From assembly GCA_963809895.1 (NCBI GenBank), contig CAWELD010000003.1:2784001-2848000 (forward strand): a stretch of 64,000 bases of DNA. The letters run 5' to 3'. The DNA is from an uncultured Gemmatimonadales bacterium. GTDB lineage: Bacteria > Gemmatimonadota > Gemmatimonadetes > Longimicrobiales > Gaopeijiaceae. Positions 11,867 through 20,727 of this stretch are shown here, piece by piece; positions within the stretch are counted from its first letter, which is position 1; every line of letters starts with the position of its first letter. The notes below the pieces were generated by a model. It had not been told where the DNA came from, ran no database searches, and saw only the letters and a list, made by a program, of their open reading frames with translations. The translations under genes were made by a program, and so were the position numbers.

Positions 11867-13077
11867 CAGCTTCTTCCGGTTGGGCAGGGAGCGTCGACGA
11901 GGGTGCCGTAGAGATCGAGGAACGCATCCGTCATCGTGGCCATCGTGTAGCACGACAGGGCTCGCTCGCGCCCCCGGCGGCCCATGGCACGGAGTCGGTC
12001 GGGATCGGTGAGCAGCGACGTAAGAGCCTCTCCGAGGAGATCGGCGCGGGCCGGAGGCACGAGCACGCCCGTGTCCCCGTCGCGCACGATCTCGGGCTGC
12101 GCTCCCACCGCGCTGGCGACCACCGGGGTGCCCCGAAGCATGGCTTCGACCGTGACGAGGCCGAAGGGCTCGGGCCACACCGAGGGTACCGCCTGCAGCC
12201 ACGCCCGGGAGAGGCGCCGCTGGACGTTCGTACGGGCGAGGTGCCCGGTGAATGTCACCGCTCCCTCGGGGTGAAGCGCCCGAGCCAGCTCCTCGAGGCG
12301 GCCACGCTGCGGGCCGTCGCCGAGGATCCACAGCTCGGCGCCGGGGAGGCGCTCCCTCACCGGTACGAACGCTCGCAGCAGCGTCTCCACACCCTTCTCC
12401 GGAGCCAGACGTCCCGCATACCCCACCACCGGCGTCGGTCCCGGGTCGGCCCGGCACTCGACTTCGGCCACGGCGTGGGGAATGACGGCGTCCACCGGCC
12501 AACCCCCTGCCTCCAGGATGCCGGCGAACGCCCGACTCGGCGCCACGAGGCGGTCGACGGCGGCGCGCCAGCGGTGCAGGAGCCGGAGTTGGATCAGTCG
12601 CGGTACGATGCCCTTGAGGCTGAAACAGCCCGCGCTTCGGCAGCCCATGCCCGCGGGCTGGTCACAGGTCCGTCCGTCGGGAAGGAGCTTCGATCCGCTG
12701 GGGCACACGGGCCGATAGGTGTTGGGCATCCACACCACGGGAAGGTGACCCACCAACGGGAGGATCCAGGGCGACACCTGGGTCTGGATCATGCCGAGCT
12801 GCACGACCTCGGGCCGGAACGCCCGCAGCGTGCGACGCACGGTACGGATCATCGACGGGTTCATCACTTCCCGAAGTGCCCTGGCGGGACCGGTGCCGGC
12901 GGCGAACGTCTCGTCCGCGCGGGATCCCTGCCCCAGATCTCCGGCCACCAGCCGCGCATCGACTCCCCTGGCGCGCAGCGCCTTGCGCAGATCCTGCACC
13001 AGGAACTCCGCCCCACCCTCGAGCCCGGCGTAGTCGTGGACCAGGAGAACACGCCGGACCGCTGGCGCACCGGTCAC
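11866..13077 (-). CDS. Glycosyltransferase family 4
   Basis: GGAE; AGRLAPEKG; GDGP; EPFGLVTVEAM; GT-B fold. Confidence 0.93.
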   Translation of the reverse strand: MTGAPAVRRVLLVHDYAGLEGGAEFLVQDLRKALRARGVDARLVAGDLGQGSRADETFAAGTGPARALREVMNPSMIRTVRRTLRAFRPEVVQLGMIQTQVSPWILPLVGHLPVVWMPNTYRPVCPSGSKLLPDGRTCDQPAGMGCRSAGCFSLKGIVPRLIQLRLLHRWRAAVDRLVAPSRAFAGILEAGGWPVDAVIPHAVAEVECRADPGPTPVVGYAGRLAPEKGVETLLRAFVPVRERLPGAELWILGDGPQRGRLEELARALHPEGAVTFTGHLARTNVQRRLSRAWLQAVPSVWPEPFGLVTVEAMLRGTPVVASAVGAQPEIVRDGDTGVLVPPARADLLGEALTSLLTDPDRLRAMGRRGRERALSCYTMATMTDAFLDLYGTLVDAPCPTGRS

Positions 13078-14156
13078 GAGCCCCCCGGCTCGCGGGTAGA
13101 CTCCACCGTCACCGACACGGGTTCTCCACCCGCCGCCGCCGAGCGGCGGGCCGCCTCGACCACCCTCAGAGCCGTGAGACCATCAAGGGGGTCCGGTCTG
13201 AATTCCCGCCCCGAGGCAGCGGCCTCGCAGAAGGCCTCCAGCGCCGCACCGAACGACGGCTCGTAGCCCGGGGAGCGCAGCAAGCGACGAGGGTCCAGCT
13301 CCTGCAGGGCCCTCAGGCCTCGGCGGAAGCGCTCCAGGGGCTCGGGGGGCCGCCTGACCTCTCTGGGCAGCGCGTCCAGCAGGTCGACCTCGAGCACCCC
13401 GCCCCGCCCCACCAGCGTGAGCTCGTTCGCCTGCGCCCCCGCCGCGAAGGAGACCAGGATCTGGGCGGGCACACCGCCTTCGGTCAACACCTCCAGCGAG
13501 GCGGAATCCTCGGAGGTCCGAAGCGACCGGACCGTGCAGCGCACGCGAGCCACCGGGTCGTCGCCGAGGGCCGCCACCAGATCCACGTGGTGAGAGGCGA
13601 GGTCCAGAAGCACGCCACCCCCGGTCTCGGTGGAGGCGCGCCATCCCTCCAGCTCGTCGGCGGCCCACAGGAACCGCGACTGGATGCCCACCAGGCCACC
13701 GATCTCACCCTCCGCGAGCCGGCGTCTCGCATCGACGAAGATGGGATTCCTGCGGAAGTTGTAGCCCGTGCCCCCGGTGGTGCCGGCACGGCGCCAGGCC
13801 TCGACGATGGCCTGACCATCCACCACCGAGGCCGCCAGGGGCTTCTCCACGTAGACGTGCTTGCCCGCGGCGAAGGCCTGGCATGCCGCCTGGCGGTGCG
13901 CGCCCGACGGCAACGCCACCAGGACGGCGTCCACGTCGGGATCCGAGAGCAGCCCTTCGATGGATTCGTAGACGCCCACGGCGGGGAAGCGGGCCACCAT
14001 GGCGGCGCGACGTGCGGGGTCCAGGTCCGCGATGGCCACCAGGCGCGCTGCCTCCGACTGCTCCAGCGTCGGCAGGTGGGCGATCTCAGCGATCCAGCCA
14101 CACCCGAGCAGGCCCACGCCGAGAGGCGACCCGTGGGACGATTCCGCGTGCGGCAC
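13074..14156 (-). CDS. Gfo/Idh/MocA-family NAD(P)-dependent oxidoreductase
   Basis: GCGWIA; AGKHVYVEKP; GGGVLLDLASH. Confidence 0.93.
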   Translation of the reverse strand: MPHAESSHGSPLGVGLLGCGWIAEIAHLPTLEQSEAARLVAIADLDPARRAAMVARFPAVGVYESIEGLLSDPDVDAVLVALPSGAHRQAACQAFAAGKHVYVEKPLAASVVDGQAIVEAWRRAGTTGGTGYNFRRNPIFVDARRRLAEGEIGGLVGIQSRFLWAADELEGWRASTETGGGVLLDLASHHVDLVAALGDDPVARVRCTVRSLRTSEDSASLEVLTEGGVPAQILVSFAAGAQANELTLVGRGGVLEVDLLDALPREVRRPPEPLERFRRGLRALQELDPRRLLRSPGYEPSFGAALEAFCEAAASGREFRPDPLDGLTALRVVEAARRSAAAGGEPVSVTVESTREPGGS

Positions 14157-14341
14157 GCTGCGCCTCCGGGGCTCGTGGGTGTGGTCAGAAGGGGGATCGG
14201 CTCACCGCTCGCATGATAGACCGCCGGCGAGCGGGCTGGAAAGGACCCACGGGCCGGTGCTTGCAGGCGGTGGCCTCGGGATCGGTGTGCCGACGAGGGC
14301 GCGGGAAGACCGGGACGGGTAGCCCGGCGCCGGGTTCGCCG

Positions 14342-16078
14342 TCACTCGCCCTCGTCCATGACCTCCTGCACCCCGGTACGGCCACGGTCGGCCGGGGGCA
14401 AGGGCCGACGCACGCCCCCGCCCGCGTCCACCGCCACCGGGTCCGCGGGCCGGGCGCGGTGCCATTCGGTCACGGACTGATAGGCCGCCACCAACGACAG
14501 GAGCCGGTCCTCGGCGTACGGCCGGCCTCCGAAGACCGCGCCCACGGGCAGGGGTCCGTCGGGCGTGTCGTGGAAGCCGGTGGGGAACGCCACCAGCGGC
14601 AGCCCGATGATGTCGAAGGGCACCGGCGACGTCTGCACCACCACGTCGCAGCGCGCGAACAGGTCGTCCAGCACGCGCCTGAGTAGGAGCAGCTTGGCGC
14701 GCTGGCCCCGCAGATACTCGGTGCCCGGCAGCAGCAGCCCGTTGATCCACGGCGACAACGACACTCCGAACAGCCGCACGTCGCGCTTGAGGACCTCCAG
14801 GAAGGGCTCGGCCCGTTCCGGCAGGCGCACGTTGTTGAAATCGCCGCCGGTGAGGGTCTCCCAGTCTTCGGGCAGGGGAACCTCCACCACCTCGGCGCCG
14901 AGCTCCCGGAACGTGTCCAGCATGCTCCGCCGGGCCGCCACCTCCGTGCGCCGCCGGCCCATGGCGGCCTCGAAGCGCTGCCGGCGCTCCTGGCTCATCT
15001 CCCCTTCCCCGCCCCCCCGGCCCTGCGGCATCTCCGGCTCGTCCAGGTAGCCCGGGATGACGCCGATGCGCGTGGGCCAGCGCAGGGCCGGCCGGCCGCT
15101 ACGCTCGAAGGGCGTGGCGGCGTCCACGTAGTCGGCCACCGGGGGCAACCCCAGCGTGCGCGGATCGGCGGGATCGGGCCCCGCCATCACCTGGAGCATG
15201 AGGGCGGCGTCCATGGCATCCCGGGCGAGGGGTCCGGGATGGTCCCGGGTGTAGGTCAGGGGGATGATGCCCCGCAGCGACACCCGGCCCATGGTGGGCT
15301 TGAATCCGGTGAGACCCTGCTCTCCCGAGGGATTGGTGATGGAGCCCCCGGTCTGGGTGCCGGTGGCCACCGCGGCCATCCGCAACGCCACCGAGGTCGC
15401 CGAGCCGCTCGACGAGCCACCCGGTGACACCGAAGGGTCGTGGGGTGCCCAGGCGTTGAGCGTGGTGTTGTCTCCGTCGGGCGTGGTGGCGCGTGACGTG
15501 GCCAGCGGACCCATCTGCGTCTTGCCGAGGAGGACGGCGCCCTGGGCTCGGAGCCGGCTCCAGGCGGCGGCGTCGCTCTCCGGCACGAAATCCTCGAAGA
15601 TGTAGGAGTTCGCGGTGGTGCGGACGCCGGCGGTGAAGTAGTTGTCCTTGAGGGCCAGGGGCACGCCCCACAGCGCCCCACGGCCGCGCCGGCCCTCCAT
15701 GGCCCGGGCTACCTCCCGGGCCTGCTCGGCCAGCACGGTGTTGAAGGCCAGCACCACCGGATCCAGCGCCTCGATGCGCGCGAGGTAGGCGTCCACCAGC
15801 TCCAGGGGCGAGAGGCTCCCGTCGCGGATGAGCGCGGCGGCCTCGGCCACGGTGAGGTTGGCCGGGTCGGTGACCTGCACGCGGCCGATCCGGGGAATCC
15901 GCACGGGGGGCGCCGGCGCCATCTCCAGTGCGGCAGCGCCCGTGGGGGTGCCGAGCGAGGCGAGCCCACCGGTCGAAGCGGCAGCCGTGATGGCGGTCAT
16001 GCGCCGGAGAAAGTCCCGCCGGTCCACCCGCTCGTCGGTGGGAGGCGCCGGCACGCCCCCCCGGCCCTCGCGGCTCAC
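14342..16078 (-). CDS. Amidase-signature (GatA-like) amidase with Tat signal
   Basis: GTG start at 16078 overlapping the upstream stop; RRDFL twin-arginine motif; LALKDN; PGGSSSGS; GTQTGGS. Confidence 0.88.
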   Translation of the reverse strand: MSREGRGGVPAPPTDERVDRRDFLRRMTAITAAASTGGLASLGTPTGAAALEMAPAPPVRIPRIGRVQVTDPANLTVAEAAALIRDGSLSPLELVDAYLARIEALDPVVLAFNTVLAEQAREVARAMEGRRGRGALWGVPLALKDNYFTAGVRTTANSYIFEDFVPESDAAAWSRLRAQGAVLLGKTQMGPLATSRATTPDGDNTTLNAWAPHDPSVSPGGSSSGSATSVALRMAAVATGTQTGGSITNPSGEQGLTGFKPTMGRVSLRGIIPLTYTRDHPGPLARDAMDAALMLQVMAGPDPADPRTLGLPPVADYVDAATPFERSGRPALRWPTRIGVIPGYLDEPEMPQGRGGGEGEMSQERRQRFEAAMGRRRTEVAARRSMLDTFRELGAEVVEVPLPEDWETLTGGDFNNVRLPERAEPFLEVLKRDVRLFGVSLSPWINGLLLPGTEYLRGQRAKLLLLRRVLDDLFARCDVVVQTSPVPFDIIGLPLVAFPTGFHDTPDGPLPVGAVFGGRPYAEDRLLSLVAAYQSVTEWHRARPADPVAVDAGGGVRRPLPPADRGRTGVQEVMDEGE

Positions 16079-16338
16079 GGCGTCTCTCCGGTGCGACCCG
16101 ACCATTCTCCGGGATACAGGAGCGGAGGTACGTCCTGGACGTCCATGACGAACGACGAGATCGTGCCCGGCGTGGATCGCAGGAACCGCCGCGCCGACGC
16201 CAGGATGCGTCGCTGGTCGGCGGGAGCATCGGAATCGTCTTCCGGAAGGACCGTCAGGTCCACTCCCAGCAGCTCCAGGCGGGCGAGAATGTGGGCGTCG
16301 AGCTCGTCGTCGCTGAGCTCCTGTGGCGTGCGGGGCAT
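16075..16338 (-). CDS. Small hypothetical protein coupled to the amidase (GatC/AtzG-like position)
   Basis: 87 aa, MPRTPQELSDDELDAHIL...; GGAGGAA RBS; stop overlaps the amidase start (GTGA). Confidence 0.7.
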   Translation of the reverse strand: MPRTPQELSDDELDAHILARLELLGVDLTVLPEDDSDAPADQRRILASARRFLRSTPGTISSFVMDVQDVPPLLYPGEWSGRTGETP

Positions 16339-16467
16339 GCCGTTCCTCCGTGCGAATGACCGGTCCGAGCCGGCGAAATAGCGGCTGCGTGTCCGCAGGG
16401 CAACCGGCGGCGGGAAGGGCTTGCCCCGGCCCGTGCCGTGCGCCATCCATCAGCACCCTCGCCAATC

Positions 16468-17583
16468 ATGCACCCGGGAGCCGCCGTGACCCTCCGCATC
16501 GCAGCCCACAACGGCGCTCCGGAATGGGGTGGGGGCGAAATCGCCGTTTCGCGGCTCCTGGCAGGCCTCCAGACCCGGGGGCACCGGGTCCGCTTCTTCT
16601 GCGCCCGCGACCTGGTGGCGGAGCGCGCCCGGGACTTCGGGCTCGACACGGCGCCTCTGCACGTGGGAGGAGACGTGGCGCTGCATCACGGCCTGCGCGT
16701 GGCTCGCGCACTGCGTGACTTCCGCGCCGACGTTCTCCTGGTGGGCACCTTTCGCAAGCTTCTGCACCTGACCGTGGGCGCGCGCCTGGCGGGAGTGCCC
16801 GTCGTGGTCCGCATCGGGCTGGCCACCGACCTGCCCCGCAACGCCAAGTACCGCTTCCTGGCGCGGCGCTGGATCGACCGCGTGGTGGTGAGCAGCGAGG
16901 ACGTGCGTCGAGGCTGGCTGGACGCCGTGCCCGGCCTGGATCCAGGAATCCTGGCCCTCGTACCCAAGGGCGTCGACGTTCCTCCGTCGCCGGGCCGCGA
17001 CCTGGCCCGTAGCACGCTGGGCGTGTCGCCGGACGCGGTGGTGGTCGGATCACTGGCGCGGCTGGTGGAGCAGAAGCGCCTGGACCGTTTCGTGGACGCG
17101 GTGGCGCGCCTGCCCGCGCCCGTCAGCGGTCTCGTGGCCGGAGACGGACCCCTGCGCACCGCTCTCGAAGAACGGGCTCGCGCCGCCGCTGCGGACGTGC
17201 GCTTCCTGGGCCACGTCGACGACGTGGGCCGCTTCCTGGCCGCCCTGGACCTCCTCCTCGTCACGTCGGACCGAGAGGGCCTCGCCAATGCCATGCTCGA
17301 GGCCCTGGCCGCGGGCGTGCCGGTGGTGTCAACCCCGGTGAGCGGAGCTCCCCAGGCCCTCGCCGCGGGCGACGGCACCCCTGCGCCCGGCATCGTCACC
17401 GAGGGCTGGAGCGTGGACGACATCGTGCAGGCCGTCCGCCACATGCTGGACGACCCGGAGCTCCTGAAGGCCCGCGGCCGGGCGGCGAGCCGCCGCGGCC
17501 GCGAGCGCTTCGGCATGGAGGCCATGATCTCGGCCTGGGAAGAGGTGTTGCGGGACGCGGCCCTCAGTCGGCGGCCACGCTGA
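16468..17583 (+). CDS. Glycosyltransferase family 4
   Basis: WGGGE; ARLVEQK; GDGPLR; EGLANAMLEALAAG; start uncertain (16468 or 16486). Confidence 0.9.
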   Translation: MHPGAAVTLRIAAHNGAPEWGGGEIAVSRLLAGLQTRGHRVRFFCARDLVAERARDFGLDTAPLHVGGDVALHHGLRVARALRDFRADVLLVGTFRKLLHLTVGARLAGVPVVVRIGLATDLPRNAKYRFLARRWIDRVVVSSEDVRRGWLDAVPGLDPGILALVPKGVDVPPSPGRDLARSTLGVSPDAVVVGSLARLVEQKRLDRFVDAVARLPAPVSGLVAGDGPLRTALEERARAAAADVRFLGHVDDVGRFLAALDLLLVTSDREGLANAMLEALAAGVPVVSTPVSGAPQALAAGDGTPAPGIVTEGWSVDDIVQAVRHMLDDPELLKARGRAASRRGRERFGMEAMISAWEEVLRDAALSRRPR

Positions 17584-17833
17584 CCGCCCGCAACCTGGCG
17601 CGGCCCAGGGCGGTGATCCGGAGATCGGGGTGGCCGGGAATGGCCGTGCCCTCGACGCGCTCCACCTCGCCTTCCTCCACCATGGTCTCCACCAGATGGC
17701 GCACCAGTGGTCGTGTCACCGGCCACCGTCGCGGCAGCTCGCTCATCGTCATGGGTCCGGCTATCTCCAGCGCCGCCAGGATGCGCGCCCTCGCCGTCTC
17801 TACCAGAACGGCCCCACTCGCACTCAATCGCAT
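17564..17833 (-). CDS. Small winged-helix (MarR-like) protein
   Basis: 89 aa, ILAALEIAGPMTMSEL...LVETMVEEGEVER...LRITALGR; GAGGGA RBS. Confidence 0.6.
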   Translation of the reverse strand: MRLSASGAVLVETARARILAALEIAGPMTMSELPRRWPVTRPLVRHLVETMVEEGEVERVEGTAIPGHPDLRITALGRARLRAVSVAAD

Positions 17834-17871
17834 GATCGCTTCCCTCCTCGGGGGTGATTCGGATCCGTTTG

Positions 17872-18570
17872 TCACAGGAGCGGCGTGGCCAGCGCCGTGA
17901 GCACCAGGGCCAGCGCCCAGATGAGGTCCAGGTTGATCCAGTGGGTGCGGAGCAGACGCACGCCGAAGCGGTGATAGACCAGCAGCGCCACCAGCGCCGT
18001 CACCAGCAGATAGCCCGCAGTGTGGACCGCGGTCGCCATGAGACCCATGGCCTGCCCTGCGGACACGCCGGCCAGCAACGCTCCGTGAGCGCCGTGGACC
18101 GTGGCACCTCCCGCACCCATCGCCGGCATCCGCATCGCCGCGTCGTTCCCCGCCGAGGCCATCCCCAGCAGCACCGGCAGGACCATGAGCCCCGCCCCGT
18201 GGGCGCTCGCCATGAGGAAGGACCACACGGTGAGGTCCCTGGCGCCGACTTTCATCCCACCGTAGCGAGGATGACGGGCACGGAGGAGCCGGTAGCCGCC
18301 CATGGACAGCAGCAGCACGGCCACGGCCCACTTCAACGCCGCCGGCGGGACGACCACCCCGACCAGCAGGGCCAGGGCCGCCACCGTCCCGATGGCGCAG
18401 GCGTGCCCCAGGGCCAGGGGCGGAAGGGCGCGCCAGACGGCGCGACCCTCCCCTCCCTGCAGGCCCAGAGCGACGGCGAAGAGCCATCCCATGCCCGGGT
18501 TGATTCCGTGAAGACGCCCCAGAAAGAGCAGGGTCATCCAGGGCCACAGGTGCGCGTCCACGGCGCTCAC
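17872..18570 (-). CDS. His-motif integral membrane protein downstream of SBP56
   Basis: About 6 TMs; HGINPGMGW, ALGH, SAHGAG, AVHT; overlaps the SBP56 stop (GTGA). Confidence 0.8.
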   Translation of the reverse strand: MSAVDAHLWPWMTLLFLGRLHGINPGMGWLFAVALGLQGGEGRAVWRALPPLALGHACAIGTVAALALLVGVVVPPAALKWAVAVLLLSMGGYRLLRARHPRYGGMKVGARDLTVWSFLMASAHGAGLMVLPVLLGMASAGNDAAMRMPAMGAGGATVHGAHGALLAGVSAGQAMGLMATAVHTAGYLLVTALVALLVYHRFGVRLLRTHWINLDLIWALALVLTALATPLL

Positions 18571-19968
18571 GACGGATAGCAGTAGGAGTCCGACGAGGCG
18601 TCGCCGCCCTGCAGCCGGACCTGGTGGGCGCGCATCCCGTCGGGCATCGCACGAAGAACGCCGGGTCGAGCTCCATGCTCCCGTCCTCGGCCACGTCGGC
18701 CTTCACCATCCAGCTGCGGATGCCGTCGGGATAGAATTGCTCGTCCCACGGCGAATACAGGGAGTTCGTGAAGTAGACCCGCCGCCCGTCGCGGCTGATC
18801 TCCACCATCTGCGGCCCGCCGTTGAGCGCCTCGCCCGGCGCCGCCGGGTGCTCGCTCCGCCCCACGATGCCGCCGATGCGGATGGAGCCCGTGAAGACCG
18901 GAGCGAAGGGATCGCGCACGTCGTAGCGGCGCAGCTCGCCGGTGCCCCAACACGAGACGTACAGCGTGCTGTCGTCCACGGAGAGATTGAGATCGGTCAC
19001 CAGCGGAGGAACGGCGCCGAACCCCTTCAGGAGCGGCGGTAGCAGCTCGGGATCCGCGGGCTCGGCCGGGATCTCGATGACCTTGCGGGCCCGCCACTCG
19101 CCGGACTCTTCGTCCAGATGCCAGAGGAAGACCGAGGCCGACAGGTCCTCCAGCGAGACCACGACGCCGGCGAAGCCGTAGGCCCGACGGGGATCGTGCG
19201 CGGGCCTCAGCTCCAGGACCATCTGGTGCTGCTCACCCAGGTCCAGGACCTGCTTGTGGGACTTCTTGCGGAGATCCCACACGTGGAGCGCGTGGCCGTA
19301 TCGCGCGCCGAGCAGGAGCTCGGGGTTCGAGTCCCTCGGTCACCATGTTCGGCGTGCCCCACTCGCTGGTGATCATGGTGTCGTGTCCCAGGTGCCAGAA
19401 GAAGTCGTACGACAGGTACTGGGGGCCGCGCTCCCGCTCCCAGCGTCCCAGCGACCTCGAAGGTCTCCGGGTCCAGCGTGAAGATCCCGCCAGGGCCGTC
19501 GCCGTCCACGGCGCCCAGGGCGTTGACGTAGATGCCGTCCGGGCCGCAGTGCACCGTGTGGGGCGCCGCGTAGCCGGTCCTGGCGGCGATCTCCTCGGCC
19601 TCCACCACCTTCACCACCCGGGGATTGCGGGCATCGCCGGCATCCAGGATGTGGATACGGGAGCTGTGGATGCCGGGCACCACCAGGTAGCGCCGCTCCA
19701 CGTGGGCGTGCGGCGCGTACGGGGACAGACACGAGCTGCAGGCGTTCCAGCCGAAGTGGTGGAGCTCGTCACCGATGCCCGTCATGTCGACCTGGCCGAT
19801 GAGCTGGCCGAAGGTGGGCGACCCCTCGCCGACATCCACCACGCCCATGGCGTCGGGTCGCTCGTGGGCGGGGTTGAGCATGGCCACGTAGGCCACTTCC
19901 TCGACGGGGGCCTGCATGGCCTCCCGCGGCGAGGGATAGAAGCTGGGGTCGGGTTTCCATTGGGTCAT
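18567..19968 (-). CDS. Selenium-binding protein SBP56 / methanethiol oxidase-like; three apparent frameshifts (about 19447, 19328, 18650)
   Basis: Family motifs reassembled across frames: PDPSFYPSP, GDELHHFGWNACSS, PHTVHC, YDFFWHLG..SEWGTP, LELRPAHDP, GGPQMVEISRDG, WDEQFYP, GGDASSD. Confidence 0.88.
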
Positions 19969-20163
19969 GGTCGTGTCTCTCTTTCTCGTGTGGTCGTTTC
20001 GGGTCCAACCGTTCAGGAGAGAGAGGCGCGAGATTCGCCGGGAAGGGCTCACGGCCCGCCGAGGCCGTCCGCACCGAGGTGCGAGACCATGCCAGCCTGG
20101 CGAACCGGCGACGGGGGTGGTTATTTCGGCTGGCAGGTCCCACATGCGCCGGAGGTCGCCACC

Positions 20164-20727
20164 ATGTCGGATCAGGAAGAGATCACCCGGGCTCTCTCGG
20201 AGCTGGCCGGCGGCGACCAGGCGGCCCTGGACCGGCTGTTGCCCGCGGTCTACGACCATCTCAAGGGGCTGGCCCAACGCGAGCTCCGGCGCGAGCGCCG
20301 GGATCACACGCTCAACGCCACGGCGCTGGTGCACGAGGCCTATCTCCGGCTCGTGCAACTGGACCGCATCACCTGGGAGGGGCGCGCCCACTTCTTCGGC
20401 GCTGCGGGACAGGCCATGCGGCGCATCCTCATCAGCTACGCGCGCATGAAGAAGGCGGACAAGCGCGGATCCGGAGCGGAGCACGTCCCCATCGACGACG
20501 TGGTGGTGGCCGCCCGTGACCGGCCGGCGGATCTGCTGGCGCTGGACGAGGCACTGGATCGGCTCGCCGCGCTCGACCAACGACAGGCGCGCGTGGTGGA
20601 ATGCCGATTCTTCGCGGGGATGGGCGTGGACGAGACCGCCGCGGCGCTCGACATCTCCCAGGCGACGGTGAAGCGGGATTGGACGGTGGCGCGCGCCTGG
20701 CTCAACCGCGAGCTCGGCGGTCGATGA
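20164..20727 (+). CDS. ECF sigma factor of the kinase-associated class (TIGR02999-like)
   Basis: DHTLNATALVHEAYLRL; RAHFF..AMRRIL; ATVKRDW..ARAWL; overlaps the STK start (ATGA). Confidence 0.93.
   Translation: MSDQEEITRALSELAGGDQAALDRLLPAVYDHLKGLAQRELRRERRDHTLNATALVHEAYLRLVQLDRITWEGRAHFFGAAGQAMRRILISYARMKKADKRGSGAEHVPIDDVVVAARDRPADLLALDEALDRLAALDQRQARVVECRFFAGMGVDETAAALDISQATVKRDWTVARAWLNRELGGR

Noticed and set aside
14170..14255. Long imperfect hairpin upstream of the oxidoreductase/GT operon
   Set aside because: It spans the likely promoter (TTCCAG-N17-TATCAT, minus strand), so it would not be transcribed intact from that promoter; pairing is plausible by chance at this GC.
18567..19968. 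Selenocysteine or programmed recoding in SBP56
   Set aside because: Breaks are frame changes, not in-frame TGA codons; no SECIS or slippery site seen.
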